Shown: positions 26,453 to 39,247 of the stretch, one piece after another
How positions within the stretch are numbered: the first letter of the stretch is position 1
How the letters are laid out: each line of letters begins with the position of its first letter
Source: Sphaeroforma arctica JP610
Lineage: Eukaryota
Direction of reading: 5' to 3'
NCBI RefSeq assembly: GCF_001186125.1
Contig: NW_014040121.1
Coordinates: forward strand, 29,154-68,400
DNA: 39,247 nt
Translations under genes and position numbers: made by a program
The notes under the pieces: model-generated
Database searches by the model: none
What the model was told of the DNA's origin: nothing
The model's input: the letters and a program-made list of their open reading frames with translations, nothing else

Positions 26453-27304
26453 GTGTGTGTGTGTGTGTGTGTGTGNNNNNNNNNNNNNNNNNNNNNNNNN
26501 NNNNNNNNNNNNNNNNNNNNNNNNNNNNNNNNNNNNNNNNNNNNNNNNNNNNNNNNNNNNNNNNNNNNNNNNNNNNNNNNNNNNNNNNNNNNNNNNNNNN
26601 NNNNNNNNNNNNNNNNNNNNNNNNNNNNNNNNNNNNNNNNNNNNNNNNNNNNNNNNNNNNNNNNNNNNNNNNNNNNNNNNNNNNNNNNNNNNNNNNNNNN
26701 NNNNNNNNNNNNNNNNNNNNNNNNNNNNNNNNNNNNNNNNNNNNNNNNNNNNNNNNNNNNNNNNNNNNNNNNNNNNNNNNNNNNNNNNNNNNNNNNNNNN
26801 NNNNNNNNNNNNNNNNNNNNNNNNNNNNNNNNNNNNNNNNNNNNNNNNNNNNNNNNNNNNNNNNNNNNNNNNNNNNNNNNNNNNNNNNNNNNNNNNNNNN
26901 NNNNNNNNNNNNNNNNNNNNNNNNNNNNNNNNNNNNNNNNNNNNNNNNNNNNNNNNNNNNNNNNNNNNNNNNNNNNNNNNNNNNNNNNNNNNNNNNNNNN
27001 NNNNNNNNNNNNNNNNNNNNNNNNNNNNNNNNNNNNNNNNNNNNNNNNNNNNNNNNNNNNNNNNNNNNNNNNNNNNNNNNNNNNNNNNNNNNNNNNNNNN
27101 NNNNNNNNNNNNNNNNNNNNNNNNNNNNNNNNNNNNNNNNNNNNNNNNNNNNNNNNNNNNNNNNNNNNNNNNNNNNNNNNNNNNNNNNNNNNNNNNNNNN
27201 NNNNNNNNNNNNNNNNNNNNNNNNNNNNNNNNNNNNNNNNNNNNNNNNNNNNNNNNNNNNNGTGTTGTGTGTGTGTGTGTGTGTGTGTGTGTAGTGTAGT
27301 AGTA

Positions 27305-27359
<55 letters not shown>

Positions 27360-30300
27360 CGTATGGTGTGTAGTGATATCCTGATTATGCGTAATATTTT
27401 TGAAAGGACTCGTGGCCAATAAACAATATTGACATATTCCAAAATCATGCACTTTGTCCGTATTGACATTGCGATGCAATTTGTATTGGATGGAGTATTA
27501 ACTCCATAGCAAGTTTGTACTATTCATATGCAACTGCTTTCAGTCTCTCGATTATAGTGGCAAGCCCATAAAGAATCTTTTAAACGTATTACTCGTACCG
27601 AAAGGTCCCAGACTTATAGTGTGAGCAGTTGCCTGCAACTATCTAGCCTCTTGCCGCACCCAACCAACCACCGTACCATCTGACGACACTCGCTACTAAT
27701 AGCTGACAAGCAACAACAATCGTGCTGCAGGAAGATATTTAACTCGTCAGGAAAGACCCATATCAGCTGTCGAGACAAATACCAGTACTGACTTGGTTTC
27801 CCCTACAACTTTCATTGGACAGAACTCAAGGCGCACCCTGTCTCCGACGAATATGTGTGGATCGATAGAGCGGTTCAAAGAGTACACCGCTGGCTCCCAC
27901 GGGAACCTGTAAGTAGTTGACAGTGTTGTTGAATTGTGTGCACATGCACGACGTCTATCGGCACGTGGTGCCTTGTTGGCGTGTGTCAGGGCTAAGACTG
28001 TGTATGCCGACATATGATCAGTTGTTGCGTATGACCTCAATTAGACTACCCGTGACTAGAGTTCATGTTTGCACGGGACTCGCACGTCTATGCAAGGCTT
28101 CTATCCGTTTAGCAGGGGACAGAAACTGCCATGAGTAGATTTCGTTGCTTTTATAATTGGAAGGGTATGTATGCGCGCCAGCTGTCTTTGTGTTAGCTAT
28201 CAGTGTACGTATGCCTGTGCTATATACTGCGCTATTATTGTGCAATACGTAACCATTTGTGTGTATTAATCGCTGCACGCGATTGAATTTGCTTCAGTGT
28301 GAAACTAGCGCAAGAATGCGCAGTTCCAGAGCGTACAGAATTGTGTCGGCTGTGGAGTATGCGGTTATCTACGTGCCCACTCTAGACAGTATTGAATACC
28401 GTACTCTGACCGCCGTCAAATCACACGCCGCCACCTTCCAGCGGTTTGAATGCTGGCGCCTACTAATGCAGAGGCGTGTGCGCACTCTACTAGCGTGATG
28501 GCTATTATCACACTGAAAGCTTATTCCGTCATCAGTTTACTAATATATCATTAACTACCCTTTGAAATCCTCGGTCACAGTCTGATGCATCGGCGGTCGC
28601 AGTCAGCGGTGGGGGCAGAGGGGCCTATCGTCGTGATAAGGTACACGTAGTTAAACAGACGCTACAAGGTGATATATGGGAACGACATTGTATTTATACT
28701 GGTGTTTTACCCCTTCATACGTTGGCAAGAACGATATGGCTCAAACCTTGTGTATCGTTTCATGGTTGCTAGACCATACTCTGGTACTCGCTAAACACGC
28801 GCACATTTCAACAGAAGGACGGGTTCCGCTGAATTGGCGACGGCAATATCTTCCGAGTCTCTGGGCAGCACTGAGTTAACCGGAAAAGGCTCTTCGCGCA
28901 CACTCACCGTGTCAGACCATGAGCGCTTTATTGATACGGTATGTTGAATCCACAGATATGTTTGCCACTGAGCCATATACCGATACTCTCAGTGCGTCGC
29001 TCTTCCACGTTTGTCTTTCACTCTCGATTCGTATGTGTACAACTGCTAGCAAGAAAAGTGTACAATCTCTTCAGATTACGCATTTAGAGTCAACATACCA
29101 TGCCGCCTACATTTGTATACGTTTCTACATCTTATTCGATAGCGTCCATTGAAATGGCTTCAAAGATTTAATTGAAAACTGAGTCTGTGGTGCATCGGTA
29201 GCAAGTATATATACAAACAATGTACATTGAGACCTGGGTGATACACATAAAGATCCGCAGTGCGTGTAATCATGGTTCAAACAGGTTTAACACAGTGCCA
29301 CTAGAGACACACATATGTATGACATAACTGCCGCTATTTCGTTCAATAGAGCACACTTGTACGTTTGTGCATTTTAGATTTTGCTTTCTTATTCCCCACT
29401 CAGCCCAGAGGCAATCCAGCGTCAGCGTGGTGATATAATATCAGCAAGTATGTAGACGACCTCATTACAACTAATGACTAGTATATGCGTACATGTAACC
29501 ACATAATGTCAGGACTTCATCCACTGTCCCACTCTATCGCCACAGAGCTTACTGGAAACGATCTGCGGTAGTGTAGATGATGTATCAGCTACTGATGGTG
29601 ATTCAGACAGATTATTCAGAGTTAGTCAGCAGAGTTCCCTAAACAGCACTACCGAATCACTCAGTACCCCCGAGCTCGCACATGTCCGCAGAGGTTAGTC
29701 TTTCGATAAGATGTTGAGAAGTGTGTAATGTGATTGTGTAAACGACCAAAATGATTGTGTGTGGGTTGGTAGCGTTTCGATAAAATATTGAGAATCCAAG
29801 TTGTTGTGTGTGGTTTCGTAGCTCTAGACTGTTGTGTTTGGGTGTGTATCTTTTTAAAATATTATTTGAACGGTACAGATACTGCCGGCTCGCATATCTA
29901 GTTGACATATAGTAAATGATCTGCGGATGCAGCCTTATTATGATGAATACGATAAATATTTACCATACAATTGCAATATAAGGAGGTGTAATTATGATAA
30001 ACATACATGCAGGTTCAGTCTTTTGGTGCCCCTTCTTCGAGTATGTGGCGTACAAGGATGTACTTCAACTTTTAGCGTTAGTTTATAAGTTTACCGTTGC
30101 TGTTGGATACTCAACGTTAACATGTTTGAGCTATGAATAGATTCGGCCTCGCCTTGCGTACAAGTAACGAACGCCTGTTCCAACAACGGTTGCCTTTCTC
30201 ACCAACATGTTCAACTGGCCTTTAATACAACAAGAACATGTACATGTACATGTCATGCAGCTCATAAGGGCGTTTCGTTCCGATTATTCAACACCGGGCA

Positions 30301-30939
30301 AGCCGTATTGTACTGTATACGATTATGTTGACGTTTTGACGGTTACCAGATCGTGTGTTATATGTGCCGGTCGGGATCTCGCTCTGTAAAAAGCAGAGCC
30401 TTTTGAAGCTATGCAATTGACAGTGTGAAAGCACAAATTATGTTGCGGAGACCGGTGCATAACGATTTTAAGTGCTAAAAACATCTTGCACGTTTATTTT
30501 CTCTTTAGACTCAAATGAAAGGAAAAGGAAGAGCAAGAATTACTACCCTAATGCACATATGCTCGACAAAGTGACGGGTATGAAGCCCTTAGACAAGACA
30601 GCCTCCTTACTGACATCGATGACCAAAAATAGGTAGGTATCGTACATAAGGTTGTATCGAGCACAATATGTGATCTCCGTGTGTTGACATCTCAGATGTG
30701 AATCGACATTAAACACAGTGCGCAATTATATGTCAGGCTCAAGTATAGTCACAGGTTTTATCATTAGAGGTCTGAGATGAATGCTAGTGAAAATTGAGAC
30801 AGAGATATTGAATCTTTGCCTTTCAAGACCTCACAATTCTACCTCAACTATATTTCTGTTCAGATTTAGTAAAGTGTCGAAGTCCAGTTCCACACCGGTA
30901 GGTATGGAGATACAACAGTCCGCATCATATGGTGAATAA
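21090..30939 (+). CDS. Multi-exon C2-domain protein with a long Ser-rich disordered C-terminus; 5' end not identified
   Basis: Clear C2 domain from exons 25216-25295 (PDTYVTIKINGVDAYRTKTVHKTTSP), 25639-25740 (VFDDSIEFNVSSRDILALRVKDKG...GTIS) and 26000-26103 (LLVEDLAMDEWERKTIKLP...LTVVVMK). A second C2-like unit comes from 21090-21129, 21778-21851 (VINQVIWLPL...LTFELLD) and 22079-22163 (KIASAVVPLGNII). Further exons at ~22776-22844, 23189-23432, ~24379-24452, ~27731-27908, ~28814-28938, ~29546-29693, 30509-30632, 30864-30939 (stop TAA). Several junctions are unresolved and the 3' part could be a separate gene. Confidence 0.68.
26399..27356. repeat. Compound (TA)n/(TG)n microsatellites flanking assembly gap 26476-27261
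   Basis: TA and TG runs on both sides of the N run. Confidence 0.93.
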
Positions 30940-33297
30940 AAGAATACGCAGTGAACATCGCATGGGATTAATCGGTCTGTTGGCTTATTGCCGGTTGAAT
31001 TCTGGGAAACAAGCAGCCACATACACTCTCCTCAGTGTCTACTTACCTATACAGCCAGCTACTTGCCTGTATATTATACTGTATATCCTATACTTTATTT
31101 GATGAAGAGTTATAGTATAAGACTGATAGATTCTAGCTTAGCTATTAATGTGGACGAGTGTATTTTCATTTCATATCATTTAAATCAGTAGAGGAACAAC
31201 CATTGTGGACGCAGGTAGATGTCGAAGTTTTGTTTCGCTTGAAGGGCATGCTATTACGGAATCATTGGTATCATTTCTTAAAACAGCTGGTCCGCCGGTA
31301 TACCTGCGCGGCTACCTATGTCTAAAAACTTGACTTCTCAGTCAGTCGATCTATCCGACTTTGTTTCGATTCTACAAAATGAATGTGATATCGGAGTGTC
31401 GGATTCTCGATATGAAACACATAGCATCAAAAATTTAGCAACATGCAAATCGATGCATTTAATATTACGGTATTTTACTCTTGAGGACGACTATCTGAAG
31501 CTTTCTCACAATACACACGAACAATCTGGCATTTAAAGCAATCCTGTGGGAAATATTTAATTAGTGCCTGCTTGCAACAGAATTCGTTTTTCACATGATG
31601 TGATACAAGTCTCAACTATTGGGACACAACCCTTTGTTATCGAGCATCCTTACGGAAATGCTGGCAAGGACGATTCTTTTGAACAACAATGAGTTATATT
31701 GAGATACTTCCATCAGCACGTAATATCACGACCCATTATTAAGCAAATGAAACATTACGCTATTCCCTGCTCAATGCGTATCTGACAAAACTTGTTCATT
31801 CGTAGACTGCTGCGGACATGAAAAGTGCATGCCTTTCGACTCTTTATTGCTCTTTCGGAGATGTGTTTCCAGTTTTAATCGATAGCAATCTCATAACGCC
31901 CGTCCCAAATTGCACTCAGTTGGACCTAAGGAGCAGGCAGCCAGGCATAATAAAAGCAACGCCTACATTCTAAATCACATACAGAGAGGCCTGTGGAAAT
32001 AGTTGACCAATAATTCAAATTTGGGGTACATGATTGCTGCTTAGATTTTTCGCCTGAACTACGACGAGACCACCTTTGGTTTTCTCCTCAGATTTCGGGG
32101 ACCCGTCGGTATTTAGTAAGTACATATGTAACACCGCGGACCATGGTGTTTACTTGAGCATGCCTACTTGTGCATGTATTTAATCCACACAGTGTCAAAG
32201 TCAGAACCGCCGAGAAAATAGACTGAAAACTAGACTGCTTCTCACCTTTTTTAGAAATAATACTTGGTTCTGTTTGTTTTTTTCTTTTAAAAAATATAAA
32301 AATGTATAATTCAGAAGGCTATGCAAAAACAGCCAAATATAATACAATTTTTAAGGGCATTTTGTTTCTTTCTTTCTTTTTACTTTAGTACCTTTATAGG
32401 TTTACTCATCATGCTTTTTAGGGGGAATATAAATATTTATTATTTATTTATCTTGTTGTTTCGAAAATATTTCAGAAGTTGTGGGGAATGTGGGCTGGGT
32501 TGCTGACTTGCTGCCTACTGGGTGGGGCCTGGCCTTCCCGCCTTATTCTCTCTTGTGTGAACATTGAACAAGCAGTAAAAAAAAAATATTCACATCTGGA
32601 TTCTGGTATCAACTAAAGTGAGCCTTGACTCCCCTGAAAAATGTCGATCGCTGATCAAGAATGTAGAAGACTCAGGTCCCAGGGCCAGGGGGTCAAAGTT
32701 TATGGCTTTTAACCACTGGCCTTTGGTCTATGGGCGATAGCTCTATGCAATGCGGATTCATCATGGGGGTACAAAGACTTACAAAGGCTCCAACAGGCGA
32801 TTAAGAGTTCCCTCCCCCATAACTACATACGAATGCGTTTTATTATTGAAGAGCTGTGCAATTTGGAATATCGATGCTACATAATCGCCTGATAAACGGT
32901 GAATTTTAATTACTACATATCGTGATCATCTACATTTGACGAATACCGACACCCATGATAGCACATTCACTATGAATAGAGTTGGGGTAGTTGTTAGTCA
33001 CCCCTAAAATAAAATTTAGACTGGGAATTCGTAGCGGGTCCGGAGCATATTGGTGGCCACTGCGCTTATTTCAATCTCAATCCAGAAGTGCATCGCAACG
33101 CTTAGTGGTGTGAGGTAAGATTGTGCGATTATACATCTCATAAGTGAATCACACATGGTGCATGGGAAGGCCAATGGAAAACAGTTAACAGGCTGACACG
33201 GAGAACTTTAGAATGGTTTAGTCGGTGCTCGAACATCGCACTTCCTGTTTATGGCGCCTATCTTTACTCTACAAACTAGTTACTAGGTAGTGCTACA

Positions 33298-36200
33298 TTA
33301 AGCGACGACATATTTATATTTGTCTAGTAGGCCCGGATACAAGAGACCGCCCGCCGCAGCCTCCACCTGAGAAAGTATATATAAAAATGCAACTATTAGG
33401 AACAATCATCGCCGTCTTTTTTCTGGTCTAATACAGTACTATAACTACCAAACGAAAATAACGATCCTGGCAACTAGACAGGTATGTTCGGTATTTGTCA
33501 GGGGGGGTGTTGCTATGACACGCGATCAGTATTTCTTACCAGCGATGTTAAAAGCAGCGCAACGACGCAGTGATACAAGAAAATGCAAAACCAGTAGTGA
33601 AAAGTGCTATATAGACTGTACTGGAGTATCATATTTCGGCTTTTGTCGAAACTGCAACACTGAACAAGAGAAATTTGCTGCCAGTATAGGAAATGTGGGT
33701 ACTCTGTGTAATCTGTTTACTGTCTGCGTAGTGCAGGATTGGCTGGTAATTGTGTTTGGTGGCTGCTCAGGTCTTTATATTATAGAAATTTTCTGCACCT
33801 ACGAATCTCATAAACACACACAATGTGCACACCCAATCTCCTTGCCAATTTGACCACTAAATAGAATGCAACCAGAACAGACATTCCGTGAAACTAATAC
33901 AAAATGGATAGTCGCAATTTATACATGACTTTGAACGCATCCCGAATAGTTTCGCAGCACGTCACGGTAACAAACTAACTCGAAAATTCGCAAATAAAAT
34001 TTGTCTGCCAAAAGACATCGACCTTTGGACACGAACTACTTATCAAGTATCTGATTTCTCACCTTGTGCAACGGTACTCGGAATTGCTTCAGAGGTATTT
34101 TCGAATCAATCACTTCGTTGGGCAGTATATATGCCTCAATCGCTACTGACCTGTTACGATACACAGGGATTATTAACTCTGAGATAACATCGACATCACA
34201 CCAGTTAGAGTTTCATGGCATCACGAATTGATATCTATTCGCCACACATTCTTGGTACAGTGATCAGTTGAATGAGTGTTGAGTGTATGAGTCTGATACG
34301 CCGAGCTGAACCAGATATATCATGCGTGTTACCCTCACCGTCTGCACGAGTTTTTCGCAGCAATAGTAGATCCCACAGTTGAGCAGACGAGTACCCTTAA
34401 GGGGCCTAACAGCTATACTAGAGATGTAAAATTGGTGCTTTCCAATCAATAATTTAAGGCGTGCAGCTAACCCCTGGTACTTTTTGTCCGTGCTCTATAG
34501 ATGCAGTAGAAACTCAATAGATCAAACGAGAGCCGATTGCGTATGTAACAACTCCTACATCACTTCTCAGGATAATTCAATGCGCCTCCGATTTGCCTAT
34601 CAACCTAGCCCGCCTCTGCACACAACAGACAAGCACATCGCTACTTTACATTATCAAGCCCAAAACACATAAATACCGTATATTATCGAACAAGAGGTAT
34701 CAGCGTGCGCCAGGTTCCAAATACTGCAACGTACCCATCATTCTTCTCGCACAGCATCGTCTTGAAGAAGTGTGTGGGAACGGCCACATTTCCTTCACCA
34801 ATAACTTCAAACCTGACGTATTTCTTGCCGTTTCTGACTTCATTCGGCAAGTATAACGGCCCCGTACACACATAGACTACTCAAATAAAAAGCGTAACAA
34901 TGTGTGAGTGCTTTCATTCATCGTATTCGTTCGGCCAAAATCAGTAGTATATGTTTCAAGATGGTCGTACTGAGAAAATGTGCAGGCAGCTTATGTCACG
35001 CATGGTATCACAGAGATATCTCCCTTCACCTACATCACTGAAGGTGCGTATCTGGCATTCTACACATACTACTAGTACCAGCTGTACTAACTCGGCATAC
35101 GCTGACTAAATATTAAATGTACTAAATGACAATCAGAGACATAGTGCAACCGACCCCTTGCAACCCTATCTAAGTAAGGCAGCTGGCGATCGAAAAATCA
35201 CAAGCACACAAGGACGTATGCTGCTTAGGGGAGTATACTGCTTGCAGGCTTGTACATGCCACCGATGAGCGACATCGAATTCCAGTGTATGCGAGAGAAG
35301 TGTTTACAGGTATAGGCACAATCTCATGTTTTTCTGCCAGAGGCGGGATACGGATGTCATACGAACTGATTCTGGAAGCCAAAAGAATAAATTATGCTTT
35401 AAAAGCTTGTACATGTTGTGTTGTAGTTCACACATACCGTTTGTGCTGGTTTTCGTCAGGTCCCGGACATAGTCCTCGAGTTCTTTCCAGTATCCCTGAT
35501 TGAACCCCTTACCTACCTGTACAAAACAGTCGCAATAGCATATTTCACTTCAAGGCAAACGACAAATTTGAGTTCACACATCGAGTGTGTCCACACCCCC
35601 ACGAGTTTGTCGTACTTGAAATCAAAGGCCAATCATAGATTTTCTCAAGTTTGAGAGACTTCGCCAATCACCCAAAGGCCTCACAACTTGGGCTGGACCG
35701 TTTGTTCCCCATTATCCGATATATATATATATAACACATGTCACTGGACACGTTTGTCATACATCTGGTCCATCAAGACGCTTAACCTTGGTAGACAAAG
35801 TAGTTAGGAGCAATGGCAATGGTATGCCCAGAGAACTCCCGCATTTACAATTCTCCAGAGACTGGGATAGTCAACCACCGATTCACATATTCTGAAGCCG
35901 TCTGAGTGAAAGCTTGTGCGTGACATCGTTGGTACTTTAATTACACGGGCTTGTAGGTAAACTCAGTCCAGTGGCATTCAGCGTGTGGGGAGGTATTTGC
36001 GGGTGCACACGGGGGTATGTACACGTGCCCTGCCCTATGTGTGAGAAATGCTTACATGAACCGTTGGCTTATTCCACAGGGGATATATAGCACCATAGTT
36101 GTTATACTGTCACCAACAGAACAAAACTACGCCTGGTGATGGAGGCCATCCAACGAAAGCGGCTGCCGACTCATACACACACTAACACACAAGTCAGTGC

Positions 36201-39097
36201 TAACGCAAATACACACATAAGCACTCGAATGTACGTCTCACTCACACACTTGTGAGTATCCGCCGCGAATTCAAGGATATTGAGGAATCGGCCATTTGAC
36301 TGTCCAATGACACTGCACGAAGCGGTCGACAATTCGTATGTTTGTACAGTGCAACCTACGCGTGGTTATAATCTGTGCGTATCAACGCCCTGCGCATAGT
36401 GATACTCTGTGATACCTGGGGACTCATATTGCTGAGCGAGAATGTCGCGTCCATGGCTTTCTGATAATACTTGTGGTTGCCCGCTGCCGCTAAGTGACCA
36501 CGGTCATACCCACTGCGTCTGTTTGTAGCATGAATGTAGCACAGTTAAATGTTTTAGATGAGACTTGTGTGCATACAAAGCAAACATACGCACTCCCTCG
36601 ATACTTCGTTCGTATGGCAGGGAGAGCTCGCTCGTGTGTGCGCGAATGTGCGACAACATTTGTTACACTGCACATAGTCTAAATTCAACTGATGCCTACC
36701 CTCTCTTCCCTTCTCTTCTCGCTACTGTCTCGCGTACGTCCTACATGCAAGCTCTACTTCAGCTACGCGTGTACACAGCACAGACAAGCACTCATATGGC
36801 ACTAGACATGTGCGCAGAAGGCCACACGCTGTGTGCAATGTATATCACTTCACACTACACAATATAAACTTTGCAATCTATTCACGTTTCGGTATTCGCG
36901 TCAATGATTTGGTCATACTTGTAATCTGAGAGCTTCGCCCTCCACAGCTCGTATATCTCCTGGTCTTCAAAGAACTGCGTCTTCTTTCGATCAGCCGCTT
37001 TCTACACAAGGTGCGCACAAAATCCAGTAGATGTGAGCGAACTCCGCAGTAAACAGGCCAGCGAACAAGCACGATTAGGTTAGAGGCAACTACTGACGTG
37101 ATCACAGAAGTGAATAGCAACGCTAAAGCAAAATCATAGTGTCAAAGTAAGAAGAAAAATCCTGTCTGGTAAAAAATAGTGCAAAAAAAATACAAACACA
37201 TACGGCCAACTGACTATGGAGCTGGCTGTCCGATGAATAGCGACTATTTGGAAGACCTGATCGTACCCACTGGCACCCATACAAACGAGCTATTGCGTAA
37301 AATGAACTCTCAAGGATCACGCCATACGAGCGTGTATCTAGTAGCAAATATACAAACAGCCCATTCTGCGTTGGGCGTCTGTATAAACGCACCTGCTGGC
37401 ACATGCGAACGAGCTATTGCGTAAAATGAACTCTCAAGGACCACGCCATACGAGCGTGTATCCAGTAGCAAATATATATACAACCCCATTCTGCATTGGG
37501 CGTCTGAAACGCGATGATACATCCAAAGCGCAAACACATGCATCACCCGTCAGCTACGCACAAAACTATACTCTATCTATTTCTTTTAATCCGATTCACA
37601 CAGTGAACACGCACGCATACATATCACCCGAAGGCGAATTCAAGCATACGTACTGCATTGAGGTGTTGAGCTGTGAATTTCTCGCAGACCCAATTGGCCG
37701 TCTTATTACGGTTGTCGTACGAGAGCACGTGCCCTTCTCGATAGCGCACATTCTCCAGACCTGTTGCAAACCAATCATAACATCATAGACACAAGACACG
37801 TTCCAATCAGTTGACACAAAACAGAAGCGCATATTTTCAGCTGATTGGTCATACCGAGAGTTGATTCCCATTTTCTTTGTGTGTGTGTATATATATCACT
37901 GCTTGCTATATCTCATTATGTGCAAGTGGCGGATATATCCATAAAGGTCTTGGCAATTCTCGTGCGAGCAGAATACAAACGCGCAGGTGACAACGGTTGC
38001 AGTCCGATATGTGATGCTATACGACCCGATCAACGGCAATCACACCCTAAAAGGATAACTGCTATGAACATATAACCCCTCACATCATCTGAGAGACGCC
38101 CTCATTTCAATTCACTCGATCAGTGACTACAACTCCACACCCATTGGTCGGTCTACTATAGGGAATGCATTGCACGAGGGCAGGATCACGTCCTTACACT
38201 CACTCGTCGTTTCAATACCCGAAGCACATAGTGTGCAAACCTGACCTTTTAAACCCCTGCACATACTACACGCATGGAACATCGCTCCCCGGGCTATAGT
38301 GATTTGTCATCTTTCATGGCACACTGTTTATGGGACATACATTCGTACATAGCCGCCACCTATCCATGCATAGCGTTCGGTGACAACATATTGCTGCGAT
38401 ACATCTATTGATCTCGCGCGCATCTTGTCTGCACAATGAACACATACTTGGGAATCCGTATTTCATGATATCGTATGGGGGCGGTGTTGCGACTTCGGCG
38501 CCGGGGGCTGCTGCAGGAGTAGGTGGTTGCACGCGGTTGGCAGGGGCGATTGGTACGTTGGCTCGTGAAATCTAAGTATAATTGCAATACATTCATATGT
38601 GCATATGTGAGTCAATAGGATGCAACGGGGTATATATGTATTGAACATGTGCACTTTGTCAAGTTAGCCAACTTTCGGTGGCGCTTATTTGGAACTTTCA
38701 ATAAATTTAACGTAACAATGCAGATTCGGAGAGAAGGTGAAAACATGCACCATCGAGTACAAGGTTGTTTGCGCATTGTCCGAAACATGCTGATCCGTGC
38801 TTGATAGCTTGTGCATGCTATTGCGCTAGAAAATATATACAGTTAAAGACTAATATACAGTTAAAGACTAGCCGTCACAGCTGGATCGCACAATAAACAG
38901 TGCTTTTGAGACCATTTCAATGTTGTAACCGCAAATACTTCATATGAAGATGATGGCTGGCCATACCTGCAACTGTCTTTGTAGTTGTTCTTGGAGTTGG
39001 CTCATTTGATATCGCGACGTGTGTCGTTCTCGATTCAGAACGTCCTTGTGCTTTTGCTCCAGCACGACATATGTCGTACCTGCGCCCCCCACAAGCA
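33298..39097 (-). CDS. ENDOG: Endonuclease G / NUC1 (DNA/RNA non-specific His-Me endonuclease), 5'-partial, 9 exons in window
   Basis: Phase-compatible GT-AG exons: 38967-39097, 38448-38571 (DIMKYGFP), 37654-37760 (HVLSYDNRNKTANWVCEKF), 36919-37001 (DRKKTQFFED...RAKLSDY), 36416-36518 (SGYDRGHLAAAGNH...TFSLSNMSPQ, catalytic DRGH), 35438-35516 (VGKGFNQGYWKELEDYVR), 34735-34876 (VYVCTGPLYLP...VAVPTHFFK), 34063-34150 (AYILPNEVID...FRVP), 33298-33366 (VEAAAG...*). Confidence 0.95.
37284..37506. repeat. Imperfect tandem duplication (~98-bp core, ~124-bp period) in an ENDOG intron
   Basis: AACGAGCTATTGCGTAAAATGAACTCTCAAGGA...GGGCGTCTG occurs at 37284-37381 and again at 37408-37506 with a few substitutions. 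Confidence 0.92.
38835..38870. repeat. Perfect 18-bp tandem duplication in an ENDOG intron
   Basis: ATATACAGTTAAAGACTA occurs twice back to back. Confidence 0.9.
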
Positions 39098-39247
39098 CTA
39101 CACGGTAATCAACGTCGTGAAACATTAGTTCATTCTACCGAGAACCCCTTAGACGGAGCATAATGAATTTCAATTGAGTAGTAAAAGGTGCACTATATTC
39201 AATGCATGTACCCAACATTGAACTATTGATATATGCATATAAACATA

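Noticed and set aside
26342..27479. Long ORFs spanning N runs and CVCV/YIYI/THTH peptides (also at 4, 9797, 14337, 20577)
   Set aside because: Translation artefacts of microsatellites and assembly gaps.
29880..29945. Minus-strand IRLHPQIIYYMSTRY resembling the missing CSN6 N-terminal LHPLVIxNISDH motif
   Set aside because: No in-frame ATG after the upstream stop, no convincing phase-1 donor, weak similarity, and 9 kb away. Probably chance; worth revisiting only if RNA-seq links it.
33387..33431. Plus-strand TATA plus signal-peptide-like MQLLGTIIAVFFLV
   Set aside because: Stops after 14 codons and lies antisense in the last ENDOG intron.

Overview
Intron-rich eukaryotic genomic DNA with GT-AG introns (often GTATGT/GTAAGT donors), compound (TG)n/(TA)n microsatellites and several N gaps. 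It looks like a draft assembly; a unicellular opisthokont is my inference. Most entries in the ORF track are artefacts, so I spliced exons by hand. This gave six protein genes: (1) a 5'-partial coiled-coil/basic protein with a KEN box (+, <186-6820); (2) a probable promethin/LDAF1-like membrane-hairpin protein (+, ~10.7-11.3 kb); (3) a complete 6-exon delta14-sterol reductase ERG24/TM7SF2 (-, 12521-16530); (4) COP9 signalosome subunit 6 with no detectable first exon (-, ~17.65-20.6 kb); (5) a long multi-exon C2-domain protein (+, ~21.1-30.9 kb); (6) endonuclease G/NUC1 (-, 33298->39097). There is also a slightly atypical tRNA-Asn(GTT) at 16818-16891. I found no CRISPR array, transposase or clearly novel multi-gene system. 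The most notable oddity is the head-to-head junction of two apparently 5'-truncated genes across a palindromic microsatellite at ~20.7 kb.
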